64,000 nt of DNA, taken from positions 305,476-369,475 of the IMG/VR virus record IMGVR_UViG_3300005529_000001; one strand, written 5' to 3'. The stretch's first letter is position 1, and each line of letters begins with the position of its first letter. The notes beneath the pieces are model-generated. The model saw only the letters and a list, made by a program, of their open reading frames with translations, was not told where the DNA came from and ran no database searches. This document shows positions 18,911 to 28,253 of the stretch, one piece after another. The position numbers and the translations under genes were made by a program.

Positions 18911-20056
18911 ATGAAGACGTACCCGCTGTTCAAAGTCCACGTTCCCAAAGAGGAAGCTTTGGCCCAGTTGGGTCAGGTCTTCGACTCGGGTTTCATCAAC
19001 GAAGGTACGCAGGTCACCGCCCTGACCAGCCAGCTGTCTGAGTACCTAGAAAGCAATCACCTCATCCTGGTGAACAGCTGCACTAGCGCCTTGTTCATGG
19101 CGCTAAAACTCGCTGGGGTCGGTCCTGGAGACGAGGTCATCAGCACGGCGATGACGTGTGTGGCAACCAACGCTGCCATCGCAATGACAGGCGCTAAGAT
19201 TGTCTGGGCTGACGTAGATCCTGAGAGCGGGATGCTTGATCCTTACAGCATCATGGAGAAGATCACTCCTCACACCAAAGCAGTCATGGCGGTGGCTTGG
19301 GCGGGAACCCCACCTCACATGTTCATGTTGAAAAACACGTGCAAGGCATTTCATGTCAAGCTGATCTTGGATGCTGCACACGCGTTCGGCGCCTATTACA
19401 AAAATGCTCCCGTTCACGAGTGGGCTGACTACACTTGTTACTCATTCCAGGCTATCAAACACTTCACTACGGGGGACGGCGGCGCTCTTATCTGTACCGA
19501 CAAGGCTGATTACCAGCGATCTAAGTCGATGAAATGGTTCGGGCTTGACCGTGACAAAACCAAGGATGCTGCGGGCAACTGGAAAGGCCAGCAGTGGGAC
19601 ACCGACATCGAGGAGATCGGCTACAAGTTTAACATGAACAACGTTTGTGCAGCCATCGGTCTGTCGCAGATGAAGCACGTTGACATGATCGTGGACGGCC
19701 ACGTCAGGAACGGGGGCCGATATGACATGCTGTTCCTCGACTACGAGCCCGTTAGGCCAATCACGCGGCCAGACGGTAGCATCTCGGCACACTGGGTCTA
19801 CACCATGAAGGTGAACCCCGACAAGTGCAAGCTGTCACGTGACGATCTGTTGAAAGCTCTCAACGCTGAGAAGATCATGGCGGGAGTGGTACACGTTCCG
19901 AACGACGATTACACCTGCTTTCAGGACATCAAAGACCATAACCTGAAGGGTCTCAAGCAGTTTGCACCCCACCAGTTCTCATTACCGTGTGGGTGGTGGC
20001 TTGAAGAGGAAGACATCCGTCACATCGCCAAGCGTGTCAAGGAACTCACACAATGA
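18911..20056 (+). CDS. DegT/DnrJ/EryC1/StrS PLP-dependent sugar aminotransferase
   Basis: NSCTSAL, GPGDEVI, LILDAAHAFG, YSFQAIKHFTTGDGG (PLP Lys), GYKFNMNN..AAIG. Confidence 0.95.
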   Translation: MKTYPLFKVHVPKEEALAQLGQVFDSGFINEGTQVTALTSQLSEYLESNHLILVNSCTSALFMALKLAGVGPGDEVISTAMTCVATNAAIAMTGAKIVWADVDPESGMLDPYSIMEKITPHTKAVMAVAWAGTPPHMFMLKNTCKAFHVKLILDAAHAFGAYYKNAPVHEWADYTCYSFQAIKHFTTGDGGALICTDKADYQRSKSMKWFGLDRDKTKDAAGNWKGQQWDTDIEEIGYKFNMNNVCAAIGLSQMKHVDMIVDGHVRNGGRYDMLFLDYEPVRPITRPDGSISAHWVYTMKVNPDKCKLSRDDLLKALNAEKIMAGVVHVPNDDYTCFQDIKDHNLKGLKQFAPHQFSLPCGWWLEEEDIRHIAKRVKELTQ

Positions 20057-20577
20057 GAGTTGATGTCCCGGACCAATATTACTTGCGTCCCGTTGAAAAC
20101 GATGATCACCCATTTCTTGTTGACTTGCACAATGATGAGCTGGTCCTCAGGAACTTGACACATCCAGAAGCCATCACTATGGAACAACACATGAAGTGGT
20201 GGGAGAAAACCAAAGCCGATCGGAAACAGCTTAGGTTGATCTTTGTGACAGACGGTCACCGGACGGGTGTTGCCAAGTTCTATGATTATGATGCCATCAA
20301 CCGGACGATTGTCCTGGGAGGCGACATCCACAAAGCACACAGGGGTCATGGGCTCGCTAAGTACATGTGGACGTTGATGCTTGAACGTTGTTTCGAGAGC
20401 TTCCACGTTCACCGCGTTGGCCTGACGACCGCCGAATACAACGTGATCGGTCAAAGCGTCTACAAAAACTTGGGCTTCATGGAAGAGGGCCGGATCAAAG
20501 AATCGTTGTACCGTGATGGAAAGTTCTATGATCAGATCTGCATGTACCTAACAGAACACGATTGGGCGCTTCAGTGA
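20053..20577 (+). CDS. GNAT N-acetyltransferase (PseH/RimJ-like)
   Basis: YLRPVE..D..FL...N, H..WW, HRGHGLA, VYKNLGF..EG. Confidence 0.88.
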   Translation: MRVDVPDQYYLRPVENDDHPFLVDLHNDELVLRNLTHPEAITMEQHMKWWEKTKADRKQLRLIFVTDGHRTGVAKFYDYDAINRTIVLGGDIHKAHRGHGLAKYMWTLMLERCFESFHVHRVGLTTAEYNVIGQSVYKNLGFMEEGRIKESLYRDGKFYDQICMYLTEHDWALQ

Positions 20578-21308
20578 ACGAACTGCCTCGTATCTTTGTG
20601 GGTACCATGTACACCCAAGAGGGTGAGTTTGAGGGCTGTCTCAAACAGATCCGTGCGCAACAGGACGTCGTTGTTGCGCATGTCATCATTGCTAACATGC
20701 GTGAGAAAGAGGCACACAACGCTCTGTGGCACGCCTGGCGTCACCAGGGCTCAAGCCACGATCTCTTTGTTAAGGTCGATGCTGACACCATCCTAGCTTC
20801 ACCACACACGCTAAGGCTGATCTGGGAACAGTTCAATAACAACCCACGAGTCACGGGTCTCCAGGCACCGTTACATGATTACATGACTGATGGCCTGATC
20901 AACGGGCTCAATGCATTCTCAACCAAGGTCGTCTTCAATGATACCCAAGACGAACTGTACTGCGACAGGCAAGTGGACACGAACCATGATGTCGTCCTAC
21001 GAGAGAAAGACCTACCATCAACGTTGATCCCGGCAGGTTTTCACTGTTGGAACTCGACTGACTCACAAGCTTTTCATTATGGCCTCCATCGGATGTTGAA
21101 GGGGCAACGAACAACCATCGACAAAGTCAGAATGGCTTGGAACCGTGACCATGACAGACCAAGAGCTTGGGCTCTGATCGGCGCAAAGATGGCGGACCAG
21201 TTTACCATCAATCGTCAGTTCAACTACAACGATCCGACGTTCAAAACAGCATTCGCTGAGGCAAATACACGTTATGATGAGCTCACCCAGAATCTTGCAG
21301 TTGGTTGA
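20574..21308 (+). CDS. putative GT-A-fold glycosyltransferase
   Basis: IFVGTMY, LFVKVDAD (DxD); cluster context. Confidence 0.55.
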   Translation: MNELPRIFVGTMYTQEGEFEGCLKQIRAQQDVVVAHVIIANMREKEAHNALWHAWRHQGSSHDLFVKVDADTILASPHTLRLIWEQFNNNPRVTGLQAPLHDYMTDGLINGLNAFSTKVVFNDTQDELYCDRQVDTNHDVVLREKDLPSTLIPAGFHCWNSTDSQAFHYGLHRMLKGQRTTIDKVRMAWNRDHDRPRAWALIGAKMADQFTINRQFNYNDPTFKTAFAEANTRYDELTQNLAVG

Positions 21309-22215
21309 CACCCTCGAGTACGCCAAGACCAACTGCTTCCAACACCAGTTGCTAAAGAGCCTACGAGGCATTGCACAAACAGAAACGTGTGCCTTGCCAG
21401 CGCTGGAACGTGCCCTGGACATGGATGACCGTCCTGTCATCGTTTGCCTGAAACAACGAACCCTGGCACAAAATCTGGACGTGCTCAAAGATCATTTAGG
21501 AGACACGCCCATTGTCATATACGATCAGGACCCGTGGCAAGCCTACATGGATGATCCTGGTTATGTTGGCAAGGGAGTCTATGAACGCGCTGTCGAGCAA
21601 CTAAATGTCAAAGCGATCTGCGTTACCACCCAATGGTGGGCTGATTTCTTAGCGCACCGCGGTTTACCTGGCATTTTCGTCAACATGTGGATGTTACCCG
21701 AGTATTGCACCGAAACGCCAACATACGAAGACAGATCAATATCTGTAGGTTTCGTCGGCAGCCTGCATCCGCACCGTCAAAAGCTGTTTGACCAGCTCGA
21801 AGACATGGGCATCATCGTCAACGTCCAAGGGGGAGGTCTGTCTTACCAGAGCTATTTGAACGAGCTATCAAAGATCCGTGTCTTCATCCATAGCGAAGAT
21901 TGCCCAATCATGTGTGAAAAGCAAGAACTCAACCTGAAAGACGCCCTGTGGATCAAAGACATTGAAGCCGCGGCTCGGGGTTGTTTCACCATTCGTAATG
22001 CGGGCGCGGGTTTCTTATCGTATTATGATGGGTGTTTGACGTCGTTTCTCTACGAAAACGTCGAAGACATCCCAAACATCCTGAGTGACATCCAGAAAAT
22101 GGATCCCACGTCAAGGCAGTTGCTAATCAACAGCGCCGTCAGGTACATCCGTGAGTCAAACAAGTGGGAAGAAACGGCACGCACGTTGGTTACTTTGGCA
22201 ACAGAGGGAACATGA
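21274..22215 (+). CDS. CgeB-like (GT-B) glycosyltransferase
   Basis: YDQDPW, VGFVGSLHPHRQKLF, YLNELSKIRVF, IEAAARGCF. Confidence 0.7.
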   Translation: MMSSPRILQLVDTLEYAKTNCFQHQLLKSLRGIAQTETCALPALERALDMDDRPVIVCLKQRTLAQNLDVLKDHLGDTPIVIYDQDPWQAYMDDPGYVGKGVYERAVEQLNVKAICVTTQWWADFLAHRGLPGIFVNMWMLPEYCTETPTYEDRSISVGFVGSLHPHRQKLFDQLEDMGIIVNVQGGGLSYQSYLNELSKIRVFIHSEDCPIMCEKQELNLKDALWIKDIEAAARGCFTIRNAGAGFLSYYDGCLTSFLYENVEDIPNILSDIQKMDPTSRQLLINSAVRYIRESNKWEETARTLVTLATEGT

Positions 22216-23489
22216 AAATAGGGTTCATGGGTCTGGGCAAGCTCGGGTTACCCGTTGCCCTGGCGGTGGAAGCCGCGGGCCACGAGGTGATGGGTTATGA
22301 TCCTGGCGCTCAAGTTGTTGACATCATATCGACAAAGAAGCTACCGTATGTCGAAGAGAACGCCCAACCGTTGCTCGACAACACCAAGCTCCGGCTAGTA
22401 GGTCCCGGTGACCTGGTCGAACAGTGCGACTTGATCTTCGTAGCTGTCCAGACGCCCCACCACCCACGTTATGAGGGAGTCAGTCGCCTTCCGACCAAGC
22501 GAGTCGATTTTGATTACACCTGGCTAAAGCAGTCGATCACCCAGCTCGCTGATGCTGCGGCCCAGAAAGCGAAGACGACCCGTGTTGTTGTCATCTCAAC
22601 GGTGCTTCCCGGGACGATCGAACGTGAGATCTTCCCAATCATGCATGCGTACGGAAACTTCATCAAGCTGTGTTACAACCCGTTTTTCATCGCGATGGGA
22701 ACCACGATCCGTGACTTCACCAACCCAGAATTTGTTCTCTTTGGGGTAGACGATCACGAAACAGCAACCCTTGCTGAAACGTTTTACAAGACCATCCACG
22801 CTCGTCCCTTCTACAAGACGGGAATCAAGGAAGCTGAGCTGATCAAGGTTGCTTACAACACATTCATCAGCACAAAGATCGGGTTTGTCAACACGTTGAT
22901 GGAGATCTGTCACAAGACGGGTGTCAATGTCGATGCGGTCACAGACGGCTTGAAGCTAGCTAACGAACGTCTGATCAGCACCCGCTACATGACGGCTGGC
23001 ATGGGCGATGGTGGCGGGTGTCACCCTCGCGATAACATCGCGTTGTCTTGGCTCGCTCGTAAGCTTGAATTGGGCTTTGATTTCTTTGAAGCGATCATGC
23101 TTTCCAGAGAACGACAGACGGATTGGTTTGCTGATGTGCTTGAAGAGCAGATCGAACAATGCCGGAAGATGGGCTGGAACCCGCCCGTTGTCATCCTCGG
23201 TCTATCTTTCAAACCGGAGACAAACCTGGTCACGGGCAGCCCGGCAATCTTGCTTGCAAACGTCATAGCGGAGCGTGGCATCACTCCCATGTTCTATGAT
23301 CCCATTGTCAACCCCAATGACCGGACCCGGACGCTTCCCCCACCACCTGCTCTGTTTTTTGTGGGTACCAAGCACGCTGAGTTTGCAAACATAAAGTTTA
23401 GCGTAGGATCGATCGTTATCGACCCACACCGGTACATCCCCGATCAGCAAGGCGTCACTGTCATCAGGTTGGGTGATGGGACCAAGTGA
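22212..23489 (+). CDS. UDP-glucose/GDP-mannose dehydrogenase family protein
   Basis: MKIGFMGLGKLGLP, IFVAVQTP, ISTVLPGT, YNPFF, AELIKVAYN, GGGCHPRD, LGLSFKPET. Confidence 0.93.
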   Translation: MKIGFMGLGKLGLPVALAVEAAGHEVMGYDPGAQVVDIISTKKLPYVEENAQPLLDNTKLRLVGPGDLVEQCDLIFVAVQTPHHPRYEGVSRLPTKRVDFDYTWLKQSITQLADAAAQKAKTTRVVVISTVLPGTIEREIFPIMHAYGNFIKLCYNPFFIAMGTTIRDFTNPEFVLFGVDDHETATLAETFYKTIHARPFYKTGIKEAELIKVAYNTFISTKIGFVNTLMEICHKTGVNVDAVTDGLKLANERLISTRYMTAGMGDGGGCHPRDNIALSWLARKLELGFDFFEAIMLSRERQTDWFADVLEEQIEQCRKMGWNPPVVILGLSFKPETNLVTGSPAILLANVIAERGITPMFYDPIVNPNDRTRTLPPPPALFFVGTKHAEFANIKFSVGSIVIDPHRYIPDQQGVTVIRLGDGTK

Positions 23490-24180
23490 GTTTTTGGTCT
23501 CAGTCCTTGTCCCAACTCGAAACAGGGTCAAGTTGTTAGAGAAATCGTTGCGTTCGTTAAAAGACAACGCTCGGCTTGATTTCAAGCAGAAAATTGAGAT
23601 CATCATAAAGCTCGATGAAGATGATGTAGCGACCCAAAACTGGGTGATACAAAACAACGCCGAGCTGTGGACAACGCTGTTACCTGGGCCGCGCGGGCGC
23701 GGTTACGCTGACCTCCACGTCTACTACAATGACATGTGTCGTTTGGCTCGGGGCGAGTTCTTGTTCCTCTGGAACGATGATGCTGAGATGTTGACGCCGG
23801 GCTGGGACCTGGAGATCAACCGACAACTTGATGGCAAGCCGTGTTACTTGCAATCTGAAGTCAGCGACATTCGTGGACGTGACGCTTTCTTGTTTCCTAT
23901 CGTTCACAGGTCATGGTACGACAGCTGCGGTCACTTCTCGATGTCACCGCACAATGACACGTACGTGTTTAACGCATTCATCAAGTACCCGCAGCTGTTC
24001 CGTAAAACGGCGATCGTGGTGCGACACGCCGCGTTACAAAATTTGCATGACATCACCAGCTTAGAAGCACGAGGGTGGTGGCCGACAACCAAGAGAGGTT
24101 GGGGCAGCCCGGAAGTCCAGGACTCGCTAGCGTCTGACATCAAACGCTTGGGAGAGCTGGTGAAACAGTATAAGCTGTAA
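23473..24180 (+). CDS. GT2 glycosyltransferase
   Basis: VSVLVPTRNR..LL..SL.SL, KLDEDD, LFLWNDD. Confidence 0.85.
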   Translation: MMGPSEFLVSVLVPTRNRVKLLEKSLRSLKDNARLDFKQKIEIIIKLDEDDVATQNWVIQNNAELWTTLLPGPRGRGYADLHVYYNDMCRLARGEFLFLWNDDAEMLTPGWDLEINRQLDGKPCYLQSEVSDIRGRDAFLFPIVHRSWYDSCGHFSMSPHNDTYVFNAFIKYPQLFRKTAIVVRHAALQNLHDITSLEARGWWPTTKRGWGSPEVQDSLASDIKRLGELVKQYKL

Positions 24181-24196
24181 AGATTACATTCTACGC

Positions 24197-25177
24197 ATGA
24201 AGAGCATCGCCGTCGTGGGCCAGGGTTTCGTTGGTGGATCGCTAACGACAGTTTTTGCAGAGCGTGGCTTTGACGTGTATGCTTATGACAAAGCGGGCAA
24301 GATCGCTACGGGTGCTAAGGTTCCTCGCTTCCATGGCCACGGAACTGGGCCTGATGGAATCGAAGCTACATCTGTCAAGGGCTTGGTCTTTGCGATGGAT
24401 GAATTGGGTAAGGCTTTCAGCAACGTCTACTTCGTGTGCTTGCCGACCCCCATGTTCGAGGACGGCGAGGCTGACCTGTCGATCGTTGAGGGCGTCCTCG
24501 CTGAGCTCGCCGAAGCGCACAAGGTCCTGGAGCGTTGGGGGATCGCGGTCGTCAAATCGACGGTCCCGCCGGGCTCAGTCGAGCGATGGAACAAGGCTTT
24601 CAACTCACAGGGTCTCTACATCGTCTTCAATCCAGAATTCCTGACAGAGGCCAACGCCCTGGACGACATGCGCAACCAGGATCGGATCATCCTGGGCGGG
24701 CCCCGCCCCTACATCAACATTGTCAAGCTGCTGTTTCAGACGGCGTTCAAGGGCGTCCCCGTCATCAAGACCTCATCGACGACGGCGGAGATGGTGAAGT
24801 ACACCATCAACTGCTTCCTGGCGACCAAGGTCGCCTTCGCCAACGAGATCGCGCAGATCACTGAAGCGCTGGACGCTGACGGTCTTAACGTCGACTATGA
24901 CAAAGTGGTTGAGTACGCCAAGCTCGACAAGAGGTTGGGCAACAGCCATTGGGCAGTACCAGGGCCCGTGCCCACGCACGATGGGCGATACGTGCGCGGT
25001 TTCGGAGGGCACTGTTTCCCCAAAGACTTGAATGCGCTTGTTTTCGTTGCGAAACAACTCGGGGTTGACCCGAAAGTCCTCACCAGTGTCTGGGCCAAGA
25101 ACCTTGAGGTCCGCGGGCCCGAAGACCGCGACTGGGAACACATGCAAGGCCGAGCTGTCAGCAAGAAAAAGAAGTGA
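24197..25177 (+). CDS. second UDP-glucose 6-dehydrogenase-like protein lacking the C-terminal domain
   Basis: VVGQGFVG, FVCLPTP, VKSTVPPG, FNPEFLTE, AEMVKY..N.FLATKV.FANE, GFGGHCFPKD; ends at 326 aa. Confidence 0.9.
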   Translation: MKSIAVVGQGFVGGSLTTVFAERGFDVYAYDKAGKIATGAKVPRFHGHGTGPDGIEATSVKGLVFAMDELGKAFSNVYFVCLPTPMFEDGEADLSIVEGVLAELAEAHKVLERWGIAVVKSTVPPGSVERWNKAFNSQGLYIVFNPEFLTEANALDDMRNQDRIILGGPRPYINIVKLLFQTAFKGVPVIKTSSTTAEMVKYTINCFLATKVAFANEIAQITEALDADGLNVDYDKVVEYAKLDKRLGNSHWAVPGPVPTHDGRYVRGFGGHCFPKDLNALVFVAKQLGVDPKVLTSVWAKNLEVRGPEDRDWEHMQGRAVSKKKK

Positions 25178-25242
25178 AACATTCAGTTTGGGCTGAATAG
25201 GGTATGCTCAAGACGGGAATCCCACCGTCGCCTTGACGTTGA

Positions 25243-25283
25243 AGCCAGTGAGGCTGAGTCAGGGACTCAACACGGAGAGTGTC
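25243..25283 (+). promoter_or_regulatory. structured 5' element upstream of nadM (copy 1)
   Basis: AGCC-AGTGA-GGCT, TGAGT-CAGGG-ACTCA and ACAC-GGAGA-GTGT hairpins; the last holds the RBS; ATG at 25284. Confidence 0.6.
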
Positions 25284-26291
25284 ATGAGCGAGTTTGGAAT
25301 TGTCATCATGCGGGCACAGCCCTTTCACAATGCGCACCTGGAATTGGTGCGTTTTGCGCTTAAGGAAGCGCAAAAAGTAGTCATCATCCTGGGAAGTGCC
25401 AACGCGCCCCGGGACACAATGAACCCCTTCACCGCCGACCAACGGCGTGACATGGTCAGGAGTTGCCTGACTGCCGACGAGCTCTCTCGTGTCGAGATCA
25501 TCTCCGCGAAAGACTACCTCTCAAACAACATGTGGATCGCAGCGGTCCAAAACTCGGTCGATGCTGTCACGGGCGGGTCCAGTGATATCAAGCTGATCGG
25601 TCACAAGAAAGACGCCTCAAGCTTCTACTTGAAGCTGTTTCCACAGTGGAGCTTCCATGAGACGGGAGCTTTCTCTGAGCTCAATGCGACGAGCGTCAGG
25701 GAGAACCTGTTCCGACAGGATAAGATCACCATCAAGACGCAGGTGCCGAAGCCGGTCTACGACTACCTGTGCTCTTGGATGGAGAGCGCTGAGTACAAGC
25801 GCCTCCATGGTGAGTACAAGAACGTACAAGAAGAACATGCCGCTTGGGAGGAGAGCCCTTACGTCCCCACCTTCGTGACGACAGACGCCATCGTCATCTG
25901 CAGCGGTCACATCCTCATCGGCCGCCGGGGTGGAGCTTACGGCAAGGACCTGCTGGCTTGGCCAGGTGGGTACCTAGAGCAAGACAAGTCAATCCTGGAC
26001 TCTTGCATCCGTGAGCTCCGGGAGGAGACGAAGCTCAAGGTCTCGACCGAAGACCTGAAGAAGGCGGTCATCGATAAGGACGTTTTCGATGACCCCCGGC
26101 GCGACCAACGCGGGCGTGTCATCACCCATGCCTTCTGTTTCAAGCTGCCCGATGGGCGGCTACCTGAGGTCCAGGGTGCGGACGACATGGCCAAGGCATG
26201 GTGGATGACCATCAACGAGTTCTACACCCGAGAGCTCGAGTTCTTCGCAGACCATTTCAAGATGGGCTGCCGTTTCATCAATCGATTTTAA
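25284..26291 (+). CDS. nadM: bifunctional NMN adenylyltransferase / Nudix ADP-ribose pyrophosphatase
   Basis: MRAQPFHNAH (HxxH), ILGSAN...NPF, Nudix box PGGYLEQD...CIRELREET, DDPRRDQRGRVIT, GADD..KAWW. Confidence 0.95.
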   Translation: MSEFGIVIMRAQPFHNAHLELVRFALKEAQKVVIILGSANAPRDTMNPFTADQRRDMVRSCLTADELSRVEIISAKDYLSNNMWIAAVQNSVDAVTGGSSDIKLIGHKKDASSFYLKLFPQWSFHETGAFSELNATSVRENLFRQDKITIKTQVPKPVYDYLCSWMESAEYKRLHGEYKNVQEEHAAWEESPYVPTFVTTDAIVICSGHILIGRRGGAYGKDLLAWPGGYLEQDKSILDSCIRELREETKLKVSTEDLKKAVIDKDVFDDPRRDQRGRVITHAFCFKLPDGRLPEVQGADDMAKAWWMTINEFYTRELEFFADHFKMGCRFINRF

Positions 26292-26308
26292 AAAGTTCCG
26301 CCCGATCG

Positions 26309-26347
26309 AGCCAGAGAGGCCCGCGAGGCGCATCACGGAGAGTGAAT
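26309..26347 (+). promoter_or_regulatory. structured 5' element upstream of nadV (copy 2)
   Basis: AGCC-AGAGA-GGC ... TCAC-GGAGA-GTGA; ATG at 26348. Confidence 0.6.
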
Positions 26348-27799
26348 ATGAGAACCACATACATCAGGACGTACCTTAGAAAACCCGACCTCGAGCTCAG
26401 CGCGATCGAGGACACTGACTCGTATAAATTCAGCCACTTCCCCATGTACCCGGGCATGTCGTACATGGAGAGTTATCTCGAGGCTCGGGGCGGCGAGTTC
26501 GACACCTGTACCCTGTTTGGGTTGCAGTACGTCATCCACAAGTACATCGCCAAGCGTGTGACAGCAGCTGATGTCGAACGTGCTGAAGCCTTCGCCCTGG
26601 CACACGGTGAGCCGTTCAACCGCAAAGGTTGGATGCACATCGTCACGAAGTACCACGGTTACCTTCCCATCACCATCCGCGCCATCCCAGAGGGCATGGT
26701 GGTGCCCGTCAAGAACGCCGTGATGATTGTCAGGAGCCCGGTCGATCCCGAGTGTGCCTGGATCACTAACTGGTTGGAGACGTTGCTGTCCAGGGTCTGG
26801 TACCCGTCGACGGTCGCCATCGCGAGTCGCGAGATCAAGAAGGTCTGGAAGCATTACCTCGACCTGACCAGCGACACCCCCGAGGAGATCAGCTTTAAAC
26901 ACCATGACTTCGGTTCGCGTGGCGTCACCAGCCAGGAGCAGGCGATGCTCGGCGGCGCGGCCCACCTGCTTAACTTCCTCGGTAGCGATACCATCGCGGG
27001 CATCCGCATGGCGAATCACTATTACGACGAAGCCATGGCGGGTTTCAGCATCCCAGCCACCGAGCACTCGACGATCACCATCTTCGGTCGTGACCACGAA
27101 CGTGATGCCCTCAAGCTCTGGATCCAGAAGATGCTGGTCGAGCGTCAGGTCCCCGAAGGGCTGCCCAAGCTCGCTGCTTGCGTTGGCGACTCTTACGACA
27201 TTTACCGTTTCACGGAGATGGTTTGCGAACCCGAGATCTACGCCATGATTAAGGGTTCGGGCGGCACCCTGGTCGAGCGCCCCGATTCGGGCGACCCGAT
27301 CGAGGTGCTTCTCAGGATCCTCGGCATCATGGAGGATCGCCTCCCAAAGGGTGAGATCACTGTCAACTCTAAGGGTTTCAAGGTGTTGCCTGCGTGCCTC
27401 CGTCTCATCTGGGGCGATGGCATCAACCGTCGCAGCATGAAGACGATCCTGAAGGCAATCACAGACGCAGGATGGAGCGCCTCAAACCTGGCTTTCGGTT
27501 CGGGCGGTGGCCTGCTGATGGATTTCAACCGCGACACCCAGAAATGGGCGTTCAAGCTGTGCTACGCCATCGTGGACGGCACACCGCGCAAGGTGTCGAA
27601 GGACCCGATCACCGACCCGGGCAAGCGCTCGAAAGAGGGTCACCTCGATTTGATCGTCACCCCAAATGGCGTCGAAACGGTCACTATTCCAGACAATGTT
27701 GCAGCTCATCACAACAGCGTCATGGTGACCTACTACGATGGTGGTGACATCACATTCCACACCGACATGACCGCCTGCCGGACAAGGATGGCGATCTGA
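26348..27799 (+). CDS. nadV: nicotinamide phosphoribosyltransferase (NAMPT)
   Basis: TDSYKFSH, WITNWLETLLSRVWYPSTVA, HDFGSRG, GFSIPATEHS, GDSYD, RPDSGDP, IWGDGI, AFGSGGGL, KDPITDPGKRSK.G. Confidence 0.96.
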   Translation: MRTTYIRTYLRKPDLELSAIEDTDSYKFSHFPMYPGMSYMESYLEARGGEFDTCTLFGLQYVIHKYIAKRVTAADVERAEAFALAHGEPFNRKGWMHIVTKYHGYLPITIRAIPEGMVVPVKNAVMIVRSPVDPECAWITNWLETLLSRVWYPSTVAIASREIKKVWKHYLDLTSDTPEEISFKHHDFGSRGVTSQEQAMLGGAAHLLNFLGSDTIAGIRMANHYYDEAMAGFSIPATEHSTITIFGRDHERDALKLWIQKMLVERQVPEGLPKLAACVGDSYDIYRFTEMVCEPEIYAMIKGSGGTLVERPDSGDPIEVLLRILGIMEDRLPKGEITVNSKGFKVLPACLRLIWGDGINRRSMKTILKAITDAGWSASNLAFGSGGGLLMDFNRDTQKWAFKLCYAIVDGTPRKVSKDPITDPGKRSKEGHLDLIVTPNGVETVTIPDNVAAHHNSVMVTYYDGGDITFHTDMTACRTRMAI

Positions 27800-27818
27800 G
27801 GTGTTGTAGAATCTATGG

Positions 27819-28253
27819 ATGGATTACACCGCAAGCAAGATCGCCGATCACCTGTTCCAAGGCGGACGACCACCCCCGGGTGACGGCCTGAAAAACGCCG
27901 GGGTAGACGTCCTAGTCCTCTGTGCCAGAGAGTGGCAAGAGAGCGCGCTCTACCCCGGACTCATCGTCATCAAAGCTCCTGGTGATGATGATCGACGTGA
28001 ACATCGGTTAATGCAGTCCATCGACAAGTGGAAGCTCGCCGCAGAACTCTCAGCCGAACATGTCATGGCAGGTCGCAACGTCTTGATCACTTGCATGCAG
28101 GGACTCAATCGTTCAGGACTAGTCATGGCTATGACGTTACGGATTCTGACGGGATGGTCGGGAAAGAAGATCGTCGAGCACATCCAGAATCACCGCGAGC
28201 ATGCCTTGTTCAACGATACGTTCGTTCGTTACATTGAGACCAACTACCCATGA
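27819..28253 (+). CDS. dual-specificity / protein-tyrosine phosphatase family protein
   Basis: HLFQG, VLITCMQGLNRSG (CX5R). Confidence 0.85.
   Translation: MDYTASKIADHLFQGGRPPPGDGLKNAGVDVLVLCAREWQESALYPGLIVIKAPGDDDRREHRLMQSIDKWKLAAELSAEHVMAGRNVLITCMQGLNRSGLVMAMTLRILTGWSGKKIVEHIQNHREHALFNDTFVRYIETNYP

Noticed and set aside
17869-20577. Complete pseudaminic/legionaminic acid pathway
   Set aside because: Hydrolase, synthase and CMP-transferase steps are not in the window.
6693-25177. Bacterial O-antigen/capsule locus or giant-virus (NCLDV) origin
   Set aside because: No wzx/wzy/ABC export genes, phage-type hypotheticals are interspersed, and the same contig carries a T4-like baseplate and tRNAs.
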